From NCBI GenBank assembly GCA_026389335.1, contig JAPLIB010000091.1:9246-73245 (forward strand): DNA of 64,000 nucleotides. Reading direction: 5' to 3'. Position numbers and translations under genes: made by a program. The notes below the pieces were generated by a model, which worked only from the letters and a program-made list of their open reading frames with translations, did no database searches and was not told the DNA's origin. This document shows positions 48,773 through 57,690 of this stretch, piece after piece. Every line of letters starts with the position of its first letter. Within the stretch, counting starts at the first letter, position 1. Source of the stretch: Cyanobacteriota bacterium (GTDB lineage Bacteria > Cyanobacteriota > Cyanobacteriia > PCC-6307 > Cyanobiaceae).

Positions 48773-49452
48773 GCAACACTCCCGCCAGCCAGGATCGCGG
48801 CCAGCAATTGTGGGACCAGGCCCAGACCGCCCTCGCCGCGGCTGACTGGCCCCGACTGGAACAGGACGTGGACCAGCTACTGGACATCGCTCCAGATCAT
48901 CCGGAGCTGCTGGATCTGCTCGGCCACGCTCTGCTGATGCAGGGCAAAGCGGCCAAGGGCTGCATGGTGCTGCAGAAGGCGTTGCTGGCCGGCAACCGCA
49001 GTTTCTGGACACCCCACAAGCTCGGTGATGCCCACAGGGCCCTGCAGTGCCCGGAAGCGGCGCTGGAGGCCTATGAGCAGGCCCTGGCCTGGGGGAGTGA
49101 CAGCCCGCTTACCAGCCGCAACCTGCTGGAGGCCCTCCACGCCGACAATGCGCTGCGAGCGATCGAGCGGCTGGAGCGCTTCGCCGCTGCCGTCCCACCT
49201 CCATGGGATTGGCAGGCCCCGGCGCCCTGGCTGGCGGGGGCCTGCGCTGCGGCCCTGCGCATTCAGGGTCCGGCACTGGCCGCCTGGCTTCTGAGCCACG
49301 GTTGCCCCGATCCGGCCGTGCGCGCCCTCGTGTGGCATCACGATCTTTATCGCCTCGATTTCGACGCCACCCTCGACTTGCTGAACGGCAGCTCCTTGAG
49401 ACTGGAGCAGCTCCTGGCCGAGCGGCTACAGCGGTTGCTCGATCCCGCCTAA
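48769..49452 (+). CDS. TPR protein
   Basis: LLDLLGHALLMQG, HKLGDAHRAL..PEAALEAYEQAL. Confidence 0.75.
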   Translation: MSNTPASQDRGQQLWDQAQTALAAADWPRLEQDVDQLLDIAPDHPELLDLLGHALLMQGKAAKGCMVLQKALLAGNRSFWTPHKLGDAHRALQCPEAALEAYEQALAWGSDSPLTSRNLLEALHADNALRAIERLERFAAAVPPPWDWQAPAPWLAGACAAALRIQGPALAAWLLSHGCPDPAVRALVWHHDLYRLDFDATLDLLNGSSLRLEQLLAERLQRLLDPA

Positions 49453-50657
49453 GCCACCTCCAGCTGGCTCAGGGGGTGGTCTTCAGGCAGGGCCGCCAGC
49501 AGCTCAGCGCGACCGCCCTGGCGGAGGAGGCAGCCGAGCCGCTGGACCACGACCGCCGCCAGCCGAGCGGGTGCCAGCAGCTCCTGCACCGCCCTGCGGC
49601 CCGCCAGAGCCAGACGGCGGTGGTGCTCAGCATCAAGGGCAAGGCGCCGCAGCTCGGCGGCGGCGACAGCCAGATCGGGCTCGGCCCAGAGGCAGCCCTG
49701 GCGGTAGTCCCCCTCGCTTTGGTTGATGGGCTTGAGCGTGTAGGGAATGAGGACGGCACTGCCGACCGGCATGAAGTCGAGATTGCCGGAATAGCCCGTG
49801 GCCACCACCGGCAGGGCCCCGGCCATCGCCTCAGCCAAGGTGAGACCAAAGCCTTCAGCCCGGTGCAGGCTGAGCAGCACGTCGGCCTCGGCGTAGAGAG
49901 CCTCGAGGCCCTGCAGGGGCAGATGGCGCTCCACCAGGCTGATGCGGGCATCGGCGGCGCAATGGGCGCGCAGGCGAGCACAGGCCTCAGGGAACTGCTC
50001 AGCGCTGGAGAGCTTGAGCACCAGCCGGGCAGGGACATCGCCGGGGAAGGCACGGCGGAAAGCCTCAATGGCGCCGTAGGGGTTCTTACGGCTTTCGGTA
50101 CTCCAGAAATCGAAGGCAAACAGGGCGGTGAAGAGCTGGCCGGGGCGACGAGGCGGCCGGGCCAGACGGGTCATGGCCAGCCGGTCGGCCCGATCCCAGT
50201 CGATCAGGTGAGGCAGGGCCGACACGGGCACAGGGCTGCGCAGCGCCAGGGCCTGGGCCGTGAAACTGGAGGGGCACCAGAGCTGATCAAGGCCGGCGAA
50301 GCCTGCCTCCCAGCCCCAGGGGAAGGACTCCAGCTCCCAGGCCCAGTAGCCGATGCGCAGAGGCGCCTTGAGGGCAAGGTGCTGGGCCAGGCCGTCGGTC
50401 TGACGCAGCACATTGGGGTTGGTGTGGATCAGGTCGATGGCTGCCGGCGCGAAGCTGGCGCTCTCCGGCAGGGGCTGATCATTCACATGGGTGGACAAGG
50501 GCAGATCGCGCCACTGCACGCGCAGGCCAGCCGCCTCCAAGGCACGGGCGGTGCAACGGGCACCTTCGCCGAGACCAAAGCCACCGCTCAGGTGGCCCCA
50601 GAGATTGACCGTGAGCGCCCGCTTCGACATCGGCGAATAGCGTTCAAGCGCGATCAT
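49449..50657 (-). CDS. GT4 glycosyltransferase
   Basis: GFGLGEGAR, IGYWAWELE, FAFDF.S...RKNP, SLHRAEGFGLTLAEAM, ATGYSGNLDF. Confidence 0.9.
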   Translation of the reverse strand: MIALERYSPMSKRALTVNLWGHLSGGFGLGEGARCTARALEAAGLRVQWRDLPLSTHVNDQPLPESASFAPAAIDLIHTNPNVLRQTDGLAQHLALKAPLRIGYWAWELESFPWGWEAGFAGLDQLWCPSSFTAQALALRSPVPVSALPHLIDWDRADRLAMTRLARPPRRPGQLFTALFAFDFWSTESRKNPYGAIEAFRRAFPGDVPARLVLKLSSAEQFPEACARLRAHCAADARISLVERHLPLQGLEALYAEADVLLSLHRAEGFGLTLAEAMAGALPVVATGYSGNLDFMPVGSAVLIPYTLKPINQSEGDYRQGCLWAEPDLAVAAAELRRLALDAEHHRRLALAGRRAVQELLAPARLAAVVVQRLGCLLRQGGRAELLAALPEDHPLSQLEVA

Positions 50658-50683
50658 GGCACTGTCCGCACGCTGCCAAGGCC

Positions 50684-52627
50684 ATGCTTGCCGCCGGTGA
50701 GCGAGCCGAAGACCCTGATGCCTGGTATCGCCAGGGTGCTGCCGCCCTGGCGGCAGCACAGGCACCGCAGGCGGAGGCGGCGCTGTGGCAATGCCTGGCG
50801 CTGGCGCCCGGCCACGCCAGCGCTCTGCACCTGCTCGGCAAGCTACGCGCCGGCCAGGGTCGCCCCGAGCAGGCCCTGGAGCTGCAGCGGGCCAGCCTGC
50901 GGGCCGATCCGCAACTGGGCTGGAATTCCTTCGCGGCAGGGGAGCTGCTGGCCGCGGCGGAGCGCTGGGGTGAAGCGGCTGCAGCCTTACGGGCCGCTGC
51001 CGCCGCCTTGCCGCAGGAGGCCTGGATCGGGATCAAAGCCCGGCAGGCTCAGGGCATGGACCTCAGCCGCCTGTTCGGCGGCCTGCGGCTCGCCGACGGC
51101 CTGAGCCCCGAGGCCTACCGGGTATGGACAGAGCGGTTCGAAGCGCCGTGGCCGGTGACCGCAGCGCCCGCGGCCATACGCGACGACTGGTGGCTGGACC
51201 TGGCGCCGGATGCCGTGCTGCAGCCTGGCGCCCGGGCCTGGCTGGCGGAGTGGCTGCAACGGCGGCTGGCCGAAGCCGCCGTTGCCGGCGCAGAGCCGCC
51301 GGATCTGATCGTGCCTGACGAAGACCGGCTCGACGCCAACGGCCGACGCCACGATCCCTGGTGGAAGCCGGGTGGGGTGGCGGAGAGCTTCTGGGCCACC
51401 CCCTGGCTGGAGGGTGGTGCCCTCTGGCGCCGCTCCTGGCTGGAGCAGCAGACGCTGGGGCCGCCACCGGCGAGCTCCGATCCGGAGCAGCAGCGGCTGG
51501 CGCGCTGGCGCTGGCAGCTGACGGCGCTGGCTCGGGAACCGCGAATCGAGACGCCGGGGCGCATCCTGCTGCGGCGGCGACAGGACAGCGCCGATGATCC
51601 AGGCCGCAGCCCGGCCCATGGCGCCGTGCTGGCCGAGGCGCTGGCCCAGGCGGGCGAAGCGGGGGTCACGGTGACGCCGGCGGCGCCCGCCGCCGCCGGG
51701 CAGGCGACCGGCCCCGCGGGCTTCCGGCTGGCCTGGCCAGAGCCGCAGGACCTGACCATCAGCGTGGTGGTGTTGAGCCGCGATCGCCCCGACCTCCTGG
51801 CCGCCTGCCTGGCCAGTGTGGAGTCCAGCCGCGGACCAGTGCAGCTGGAGTGGCTACTCGTGGACAACGGTTCGCGACTGGAAGCCACCGCAGCACTGCT
51901 GCGCCACTGGCAGCAGCGGCCGGGGGCCTGCTGCCACTGCCTGGAGATGGATGAACCGTTTCACTGGAGCCGGCTCAACAACAAGGCCGCCGCCGAGGCC
52001 AGGGGCAACCTGCTGCTGTTCCTCAACAATGACGTGGAAGTACCACCAGCCCTGGTGGCGGCAGGCGACGGCGGCTGGCTCACGGCAATGGCAAGCCAGG
52101 CAGGGCGACCCGTGATCGGCTGCGTGGGGGCTCGGCTGCTGTATCCACCAGGCAACCCAGCGGCGGGCAGGATCCAGCACGCCGGTCTGCTGCCTGGGCT
52201 GGGGGCCGGCTGCGAACACCCCTACCGCGGCCTACCAGCCGCCACCACGGTGCATCGGGGCCGCGCCGGCTGGCTGAGCGACTGGCCCGCAGTCACAGGG
52301 GCCTGCCTGCTGGTACGGCGGGCACTGTTCGAGGCAGTGGGGGGCTTTGAGTCGGCGCTGCCGGTGGAGGGCAACGATGTGGACTTCTGCCTGCGGCTGG
52401 GCGCCCTGGGACATCGCCATGTGGTGGTGCCGGAGGCCACCCTCTGGCACGCCGAGGCCGCCAGCCGCGATCCGGTGGCCAGCAGCACCTGGGCGCCGGC
52501 GATGGCCCTGCTGCGCCAACGCTGGCCGGCGGCGATGGGGAGCACCGGCCTCTGGTGGCCGGCCGGCAGCGCCACCGATACCCCCGATGGCCGGCCGCGG
52601 GAACTGGGCGGACTGGGTATCCCCTGA
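50684..52627 (+). CDS. TPR + GT2 glycosyltransferase (start uncertain)
   Basis: N-terminal TPRs (ALWQCLALAPGHASALHLLG); PDEDRLD; LVDNGS, FHWSRLNN, FLNNDVE, AVTGACLL, NDVDFCLRL. Confidence 0.82.
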   Translation: MLAAGERAEDPDAWYRQGAAALAAAQAPQAEAALWQCLALAPGHASALHLLGKLRAGQGRPEQALELQRASLRADPQLGWNSFAAGELLAAAERWGEAAAALRAAAAALPQEAWIGIKARQAQGMDLSRLFGGLRLADGLSPEAYRVWTERFEAPWPVTAAPAAIRDDWWLDLAPDAVLQPGARAWLAEWLQRRLAEAAVAGAEPPDLIVPDEDRLDANGRRHDPWWKPGGVAESFWATPWLEGGALWRRSWLEQQTLGPPPASSDPEQQRLARWRWQLTALAREPRIETPGRILLRRRQDSADDPGRSPAHGAVLAEALAQAGEAGVTVTPAAPAAAGQATGPAGFRLAWPEPQDLTISVVVLSRDRPDLLAACLASVESSRGPVQLEWLLVDNGSRLEATAALLRHWQQRPGACCHCLEMDEPFHWSRLNNKAAAEARGNLLLFLNNDVEVPPALVAAGDGGWLTAMASQAGRPVIGCVGARLLYPPGNPAAGRIQHAGLLPGLGAGCEHPYRGLPAATTVHRGRAGWLSDWPAVTGACLLVRRALFEAVGGFESALPVEGNDVDFCLRLGALGHRHVVVPEATLWHAEAASRDPVASSTWAPAMALLRQRWPAAMGSTGLWWPAGSATDTPDGRPRELGGLGIP

Positions 52628-52642
52628 GCCACGGGCTGGTCC

Positions 52643-53344
52643 TCAGCCGTCGTCGTGCTCCTCCCCCTCCGGCGCGATCCGCCCCAGAAAGCGAGAAAAC
52701 TGTTCCACCGAAAGCGCCAGTTCGTCGATCACCCTGAGGCGCTCCTGCGGGGCCAGTTCAGGACGGTCGGGCCAGAGATGTCTGGCGGCAGCGCGGCGCT
52801 CCTCCAGGCGGGCCCGATCTTCCACCCCATCGAGGGCCCGGCGAAACAGGCCCAGGCTGGACGCACCCGAATCCTGGACCTCGGCCAGCTGCAGGGCGCG
52901 CTGCAGGGCCTGGCGACCGGCCGCCATCTGGTCACTCTCCAGCTGGAGCTGTCCAATTTCGAACCAACACCAGGGGAAACCGGGCGCCAAGGCAGCGCAT
53001 CGCTCCTGGGCCCGAATTGCCTCAGCGCGGCGGCCCATCCGGGCTAACACGCGGCCATGGATGTGGTGGCTATAGGCGAAGTCATCCTGAAGCCGAAGCG
53101 CCCGGGTGATCAGCGAGAGGGCCTGGCGCAGGTCACCGAGCTCCAGACAGGCCTTGCCGCCGAGATAGGCACCCTGCGCCTCGAGCCTGGAGCCACGAGG
53201 CAGATGGGGCAGCTGCTCAAGAGCCAGACGACGCAGCTCGGGCCAGTCGGCCTGGCTGTCCAGCAGGGCACCCAGGGTTCGGAACAGGGATTCATCCCCC
53301 GGGAGAGCCCTCAGGCCTTCAAAGAGCGTCTGCTTCTGAAGCAC
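52643..53344 (-). CDS. TPR protein
   Basis: ALSLITRALRLQDDFAYSHHIHGRVL, AALAPGFPWCWFEIGQL. Confidence 0.75.
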   Translation of the reverse strand: MLQKQTLFEGLRALPGDESLFRTLGALLDSQADWPELRRLALEQLPHLPRGSRLEAQGAYLGGKACLELGDLRQALSLITRALRLQDDFAYSHHIHGRVLARMGRRAEAIRAQERCAALAPGFPWCWFEIGQLQLESDQMAAGRQALQRALQLAEVQDSGASSLGLFRRALDGVEDRARLEERRAAARHLWPDRPELAPQERLRVIDELALSVEQFSRFLGRIAPEGEEHDDG

Positions 53345-53402
53345 CGGCGGCGCGAAAACACGCGATCATTGTGGAACGCTTCCGCCGCAGCCAGCCCTCC
53401 AG

Positions 53403-54230
53403 GTGACCCGATCGGCTCCACCCTTCCAGGAAACGCTGGAGGCCCCCCTCTCGCGGGGGCTCTGGCTCTACGGCTTGCCCGGCAGCGGGCTGGGTCTGCG
53501 TCGCTCGGCCGGGGCCCCGCCCCTGGAGGAGCTGGTGACGGGACGGGGCTGTGGAGCTGTGTGGCAAGCCTGGATCTTCTACGGCCCGCCGGACGCGGCC
53601 CTGGCGGAACTGGCGGGCGGCAACGACAACACCACAGCGGAAGAGGAGCTGCTGGACCAGTGGCAGCGGGAGATGGGTCTGGCCATAACGCTGAAACGCC
53701 AGGACCGCGAGCGGTTGCAACTGGTGAACCTGGGTCTCAGCAATCCAGAGTTGGAGGCTCTGCTGCGGCGAGAGCTACCGGAACTGGAGCTGGAGGCCAG
53801 GCGGCGGCGCTCGGCCGGCCTGGGGGCCTTGCCGGCAGAGATTCTGACCCTAAGCACCAGGGCCCTGTTACAGAGCCGCCCGGAATTGCTCAACAGCTAC
53901 CTTGATCTGGAGGGCTGGGCCGATCGCTACGGTCGGGAGAGTGACGTGAGCCAGTGGCGCCAGGCGCTGGATCCGGTGCTGCTGTTGCGGTCGCTGCGCC
54001 ACTGGGACGACCACAGCGATGCCCTCGGCATCCGCGACGAACAACTACAACGGCTGGTGATAGAGCTGAATCGCGACCGCGAAGAACGGGACCTACTGGT
54101 CCGACAGGTGCAGCAACTGGAGAAGGAACTCGACCACTGGGTGGGGGAGCATGAGCAACTGGAGGCGCTGACCGCCAAGGTGATCAAGGCCATGGATCGA
54201 GCCCAACGACTGCTGGCCCCACAAGCCTGA
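53403..54230 (+). CDS. Hypothetical protein with C-terminal coiled coil
   Basis: IFYGPP...LDQWQ...LQLVNL...SYLDLE, then heptad-rich EQLQRLVIEL...QVQQLEKEL. Confidence 0.7.
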   Translation: MTRSAPPFQETLEAPLSRGLWLYGLPGSGLGLRRSAGAPPLEELVTGRGCGAVWQAWIFYGPPDAALAELAGGNDNTTAEEELLDQWQREMGLAITLKRQDRERLQLVNLGLSNPELEALLRRELPELELEARRRRSAGLGALPAEILTLSTRALLQSRPELLNSYLDLEGWADRYGRESDVSQWRQALDPVLLLRSLRHWDDHSDALGIRDEQLQRLVIELNRDREERDLLVRQVQQLEKELDHWVGEHEQLEALTAKVIKAMDRAQRLLAPQA

Positions 54231-54409
54231 AGAGCAACCCCAGGGCTGCCGGTCCACGGAGGAAGCTGCGGTACTGGCGGGCACGGCATGAACCGCTTCG
54301 GGGTGGCAAGCGGACTGCAGTTGGATCCCCGCTCCGCTTGCTCAGCCGCCGCTGCGACCCCTGAGCTCAGCCACCACCGTTCCAGGGCTCAACACCTTCA
54401 CCAACCCAT

Positions 54410-54470
54410 TCAGGCCAACCACTCCTGGGCGAGCCCGTCGATGGACTGAAACTCCGGGTCCACGTCAGGC
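54410..54470 (-). pseudogene. Possible C-terminal remnant of a PIN/VapC toxin
   Basis: DVDPEFQSIDGLAQEWLA* resembles the T/H-x-DPEF...EWL tail of some VapCs (inference). Confidence 0.35.
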
Positions 54471-54510
54471 CGGGCGCTCAAGCCGGCAAGCCATTTCAGG
54501 CCACCCATCT

Positions 54511-54566
54511 GTCTTGTCTCATGCAGCGCACCTCTCGGGTCTTGTTTCATGCAGCGCACCTCTCGG
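54511..54566. repeat. 28-bp tandem duplication
   Basis: GTCTTGTCTCATGCAGCGCACCTCTCGG then GTCTTGTTTCATGCAGCGCACCTCTCGG (1 mismatch). Confidence 0.9.
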
Positions 54567-54579
54567 TGCGACACCAGCC

Positions 54580-55027
54580 TGCGTACTACCCCAGAAGCAC
54601 TGCTGCGACATGCACGCCTACAACCACGATGCGGTCGTGGTTGCGGTTGAAGGGGGCAGATAGCGCCTACGGCTCGACAAGCTCGCCGGACTGCGTCTAC
54701 ATCGCTTCGATGGCGGCAGGGCTGGAGCTGCCAATAACGATGCGGTCGGGCTTCTGGAAATCGGCCACTGCTGAGCACTCCTTGAGGAACTCGGGGTTCG
54801 ACACCACCTCAAACGGGATCTCCACGCCGCGGGCCTGCTGCTCGGTGCGGATCGCATCGGCCACCTTGTCGGCGGTGCCGACGGACACGGTGCTCCTGGT
54901 CACCACGATGCGCGGAGCGTCGATGCAGCGGCCAATGGAGCGGGCGACGGCCAGCACGACTTGGAGGTCGGCGTGGCCGTCTTCATCGGGCGGGGTGCCC
55001 ACGGCGACGCACAGGATCTCGGCGCAG
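54580..55027 (-). pseudogene. ugd: UDP-glucose 6-dehydrogenase fragment A
   Basis: [53 protein letters not shown]; stops and frameshift, both ends missing. Confidence 0.88.
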
Positions 55028-55066
55028 ATGCCCAACCATTCTGCTTGGCAGAACTATGTTGAAGGA

Positions 55067-55345
55067 CTGATTCGTTCGTTTCGATGCCCCGATGCCGAAC
55101 GCCTGGCCCAGGGTTGGGCAGTGCCTCAATTCCAGGCTTTCGAGCGAGTGGCACGCCGCAAGCTCAGGCAACTGGAGATCTCTGGGCGCCTCGATGACCT
55201 ACGCATCCCTCCGGGGAACCGACTGGGGGCACTGCGGGGTGATCGCGCTGGCCAACATAACATCCGCATCAACGACCAATTCCACCTCTGCTTTATCTGG
55301 TCGGAGACAGGCCCTGAAGCTGTTGAACTTGTCGACTACCACTGA
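55067..55345 (+). CDS. higB: HigB toxin (RelE/ParE fold); expected start codon reads CTG
   Basis: (L)IRSFRC...ARRKLRQL...LDDLRIPPGNRL.AL.GDRAGQH.IRINDQ..LCF.W....VELVDYH. Confidence 0.85.
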   Translation: MIRSFRCPDAERLAQGWAVPQFQAFERVARRKLRQLEISGRLDDLRIPPGNRLGALRGDRAGQHNIRINDQFHLCFIWSETGPEAVELVDYH

Positions 55346-55647
55346 TGAATTCCATGGACCGCCTCACACCGATCACACCTGGGGAACTGCGCGATCAGGA
55401 GTTTCTTCGACCTCTTGGCATCAGCCAGTACCGGCTGGCCAAGGCCATTGACGTGCCTGCATCGCGGATCAGCGAGATCGTTACTGGTCAACGTGCCATC
55501 AGTGCAGATACCAATCTGCGACTTTGCCGTTTCCTGGGATTGAGCCCTGGCTACTGGCTACGTGCCCAGGCTGCCCATGACATCGAGGTAGCCAGCACTG
55601 ATCTCGCCGAGGAGATTGAGAGAATTCAGCCCTTTGTGGGCCGCTAA
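55345..55647 (+). CDS. higA: HigA antitoxin (HTH-XRE)
   Basis: TPGE...EFLRPLGISQYRLAKAIDVPASRISEIVTGQRAISADT.LRL.RFLG.SPGYWL.AQ; overlaps higB stop. Confidence 0.92.
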   Translation: MNSMDRLTPITPGELRDQEFLRPLGISQYRLAKAIDVPASRISEIVTGQRAISADTNLRLCRFLGLSPGYWLRAQAAHDIEVASTDLAEEIERIQPFVGR

Positions 55648-55667
55648 CGCTAGAGAGTGGCACCCGA

Positions 55668-55754
55668 TTGGGAGGCTCGAGATCGCTGATGGCGGTGCCT
55701 TCCGCGAGGAACTCAGGGGTGGGAGAGCTCCGAAAAGCTCTTGCGCCCAGAGGT
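55668..55754 (-). pseudogene. ugd: ugd fragment B
   Basis: TSGRKSFSELSH(+1)PEFLAEGTAISDLEPPNRV matches the SFxVLSNPEFLAEGTAIxDLExPDRV segment of Ugd. Confidence 0.75.
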
Positions 55755-55850
55755 CAGGAACTGACGACCCAGGCCCGGCTCCTGGGCTTCATACCAGCGA
55801 GCCGCAGCAGCGAGATCATCTCGGGCTGCGGAGCGGAGACGCAGCACCAC
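55755..55850 (-). pseudogene. ParE/RelE-type toxin, N-terminal third only
   Basis: VVLRLRSAARDDLAAAARWYEAQEPGLGRQFL, then fused to ugd fragment B. Confidence 0.75.
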
Positions 55851-55852
55851 GC

Positions 55853-56055
55853 TCAGAGCGACTGCTCGATGGCATCGAGCACCGCATCGACATAGAGGCC
55901 AGGGTCGCCGTCTGCCAGGAAGCCCTCCAGCCGCTGATCAATCAGTTGCCGATCGGCATCGCTGAGCTCCGGGTCGCTCTGCTCGGCAGCGATCGAGTCC
56001 CACAGGGTCTGGACCAGCTCCAGGCGCTCCGCCAGGGGCAGGGTCAGCAGGTCAT
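55853..56055 (-). pseudogene. Addiction-module antitoxin (TIGR02574-like); start codon out of frame
   Basis: DLLTLPLAERLELVQTLWDSIAAE...DQRLE...AVLDAIEQSL*; ATG at 56055 is one base out of frame; directly upstream of the ParE fragment. Confidence 0.75.
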
Positions 56056-56189
56056 CTCAACAGTAGCGGCGAGATTGGGCGGGACTCCGCTCGCAGCCGG
56101 AAGGAAATGGCGTCTGCCGAGGTGGATGGGGCCGCTTGTCGCCATCGACTTTCTGAGCTGGTCAGGGGCCTCACGACCTGCAGCCCAGC

Positions 56190-56625
56190 TCAGGCGCTTG
56201 GCGGCCTGAGCTCCTCCAGCAACACCGCCAGAGCTTCACTCAGCTGGAGCCGGTTGCGGGAGGTGTCTGCGAGGAGGAATCGGTATTGCGCAACAAGGCA
56301 GCCATCCTGGATTCGAGCTCGGCGAGTCGTCTGTTCTCGATCTCGAGCAGCTTCGTACGCTTCCTGCTCGATGTCGTAAACGGGGCGCCAATTGAACATC
56401 GCCAGCAAGCGCCGCCAGGGCGGCAAGGTGGAGACATATTCCGACCTGGTCATGGGTCGGGAGTCTGCAGAAGCGGGAGACGTTGTCGTCGCCATAGTTC
56501 GTGGTGAACGAAATCAGGAGCAGCAAGGCACCAGCAACAAGGGTTGACCAGCCCTGGCGATCCAGCCGCCGAGGGGGCGGCGCTGCATCAGCCTGCTCCG
56601 GAGGAGTTGCAACGTCTGCCATCAC
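56190..56625 (-). pseudogene. Two-TM + coiled-coil hypothetical protein, frameshifted
   Basis: ORFs 56236-56625 and 56190-56495 join into one protein; similar to 57691-58086. Confidence 0.6.
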
Positions 56626-56734
56626 CGTAGCGAGCTCAAACCAACGCCCATCACCTCATGGTGCGCCAGTACTACGTTGCGGCTCTTCAACAAGGGCCTG
56701 GACATCAATCTCTATAGGCTCTTGAGGCCAACCT

Positions 56735-57094
56735 TCAGGCTGGGCTAATTCCCAGGGCCTGTGCCAGGTCCGCCAGGCGACGGTCCTGCGTCCAGAGGGT
56801 GCAGTGGGTGAGTTTTGCTGAAGCAAGCAGCTGGGCATCAACAAAGCCGATGCCGCGCCCCATCAACTGGTGCTGCTCGATCAGCATCAGCACTTCCGCC
56901 GGGCTGGCCACGCGGGCAGCCGGCAGGCCCTGGAGGAGCTCGAGCACGCGGCTGCGATCGCGAAGGTTGCCGCAGGCGAGTTCACCGATCACCCAGGGAT
57001 GGATCAACACGGCACTCTCCTGGAGGGCTGCCGTGAGCTGCGGCACGCCGGAGCGCAGGTGATCCACCCAGATGGAGGTGTCCACAAGGATCAC
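56735..57094 (-). CDS. vapC: VapC PIN-domain toxin, apparently intact
   Basis: MILVDTSIWVDHL, IGELACG, GIGFVDAQLLASA, LWTQDRRL; acidic tetrad present. Confidence 0.92.
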   Translation of the reverse strand: MILVDTSIWVDHLRSGVPQLTAALQESAVLIHPWVIGELACGNLRDRSRVLELLQGLPAARVASPAEVLMLIEQHQLMGRGIGFVDAQLLASAKLTHCTLWTQDRRLADLAQALGISPA

Positions 57095-57285
57095 GCCGCG
57101 CTCCTGCGACGAGGGACCGGCTGCAGATCGGGCTGGCTGCCCGCGAGGGCAGCCAGGCGTCGGGCGCTCTCCCGCTCCACCAGGGCCTGCAGGGCTTGCT
57201 TGAGCAGACTTGTGCGCTCGAGAGGGCCACAGAGCTCCTGGGCCTGCGCGAGCAGCTGATCATCCAGGTTGACGGTGGTGCGCAT
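57091..57285 (-). CDS. vapB: VapB antitoxin (RHH type)
   Basis: MRTTVNLDDQLLAQAQEL...ALQALVERESARRLAALAGSQP; 4-nt overlap with vapC. Confidence 0.9.
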   Translation of the reverse strand: MRTTVNLDDQLLAQAQELCGPLERTSLLKQALQALVERESARRLAALAGSQPDLQPVPRRRSAA

Positions 57286-57385
57286 GGCCCTCACTCAAGC
57301 TAAAGCATCATTCTAGGCATCATCTGATGATGCATTGCCAACCAAGTCGACAGTTGTGCTCCAGCGGCGGGGCGCAGCTACCACC

Positions 57386-57498
57386 AGGAACTCGGGACTG
57401 GCAAGCACCGCAAAGCTCCTGCGGCCGGAGGACGTTTTGCCCTCGGCGGTTCGCACCGGCAGGGTGCTTTTCTCCACCACGATCGTGTGGCCCTGGGC
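57386..57498 (-). pseudogene. ugd: ugd fragment C
   Basis: AQGHTIVVEKSTLPVRTAE...SGRRSFAVLASPEFL; internal deletion, ends exactly at PEFL. Confidence 0.8.
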
Positions 57499-57690
57499 GC
57501 GGTAGTACTGGCTGTAGACGACGAGGTCCATAGGTCAGGGCCTCCTGAGCGAAAGCTCATCCACCGCCGCCATCAGTGCCAGGCGATCGCTGCGAGCAAG
57601 CGCCGGGCCCATCGCCCTCGAGACCACGCCTGCTTGACCAATACAATACGCATGCACTATTCTTGATCGCTGCGGTGCGGGATTCCTAGG

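Noticed and set aside
54580-57515. Recurring (CCA)GTACTAC motif at cassette junctions as a recombination core
   Set aside because: Three loose occurrences in mixed orientation; the one at about 54586 is explained by the ugd KYA codons.
57500-57620. Nucleotidyltransferase (MNT) antitoxin remnant ending ...PMDLVVYSQ
   Set aside because: Too short and degenerate to call without a profile search.
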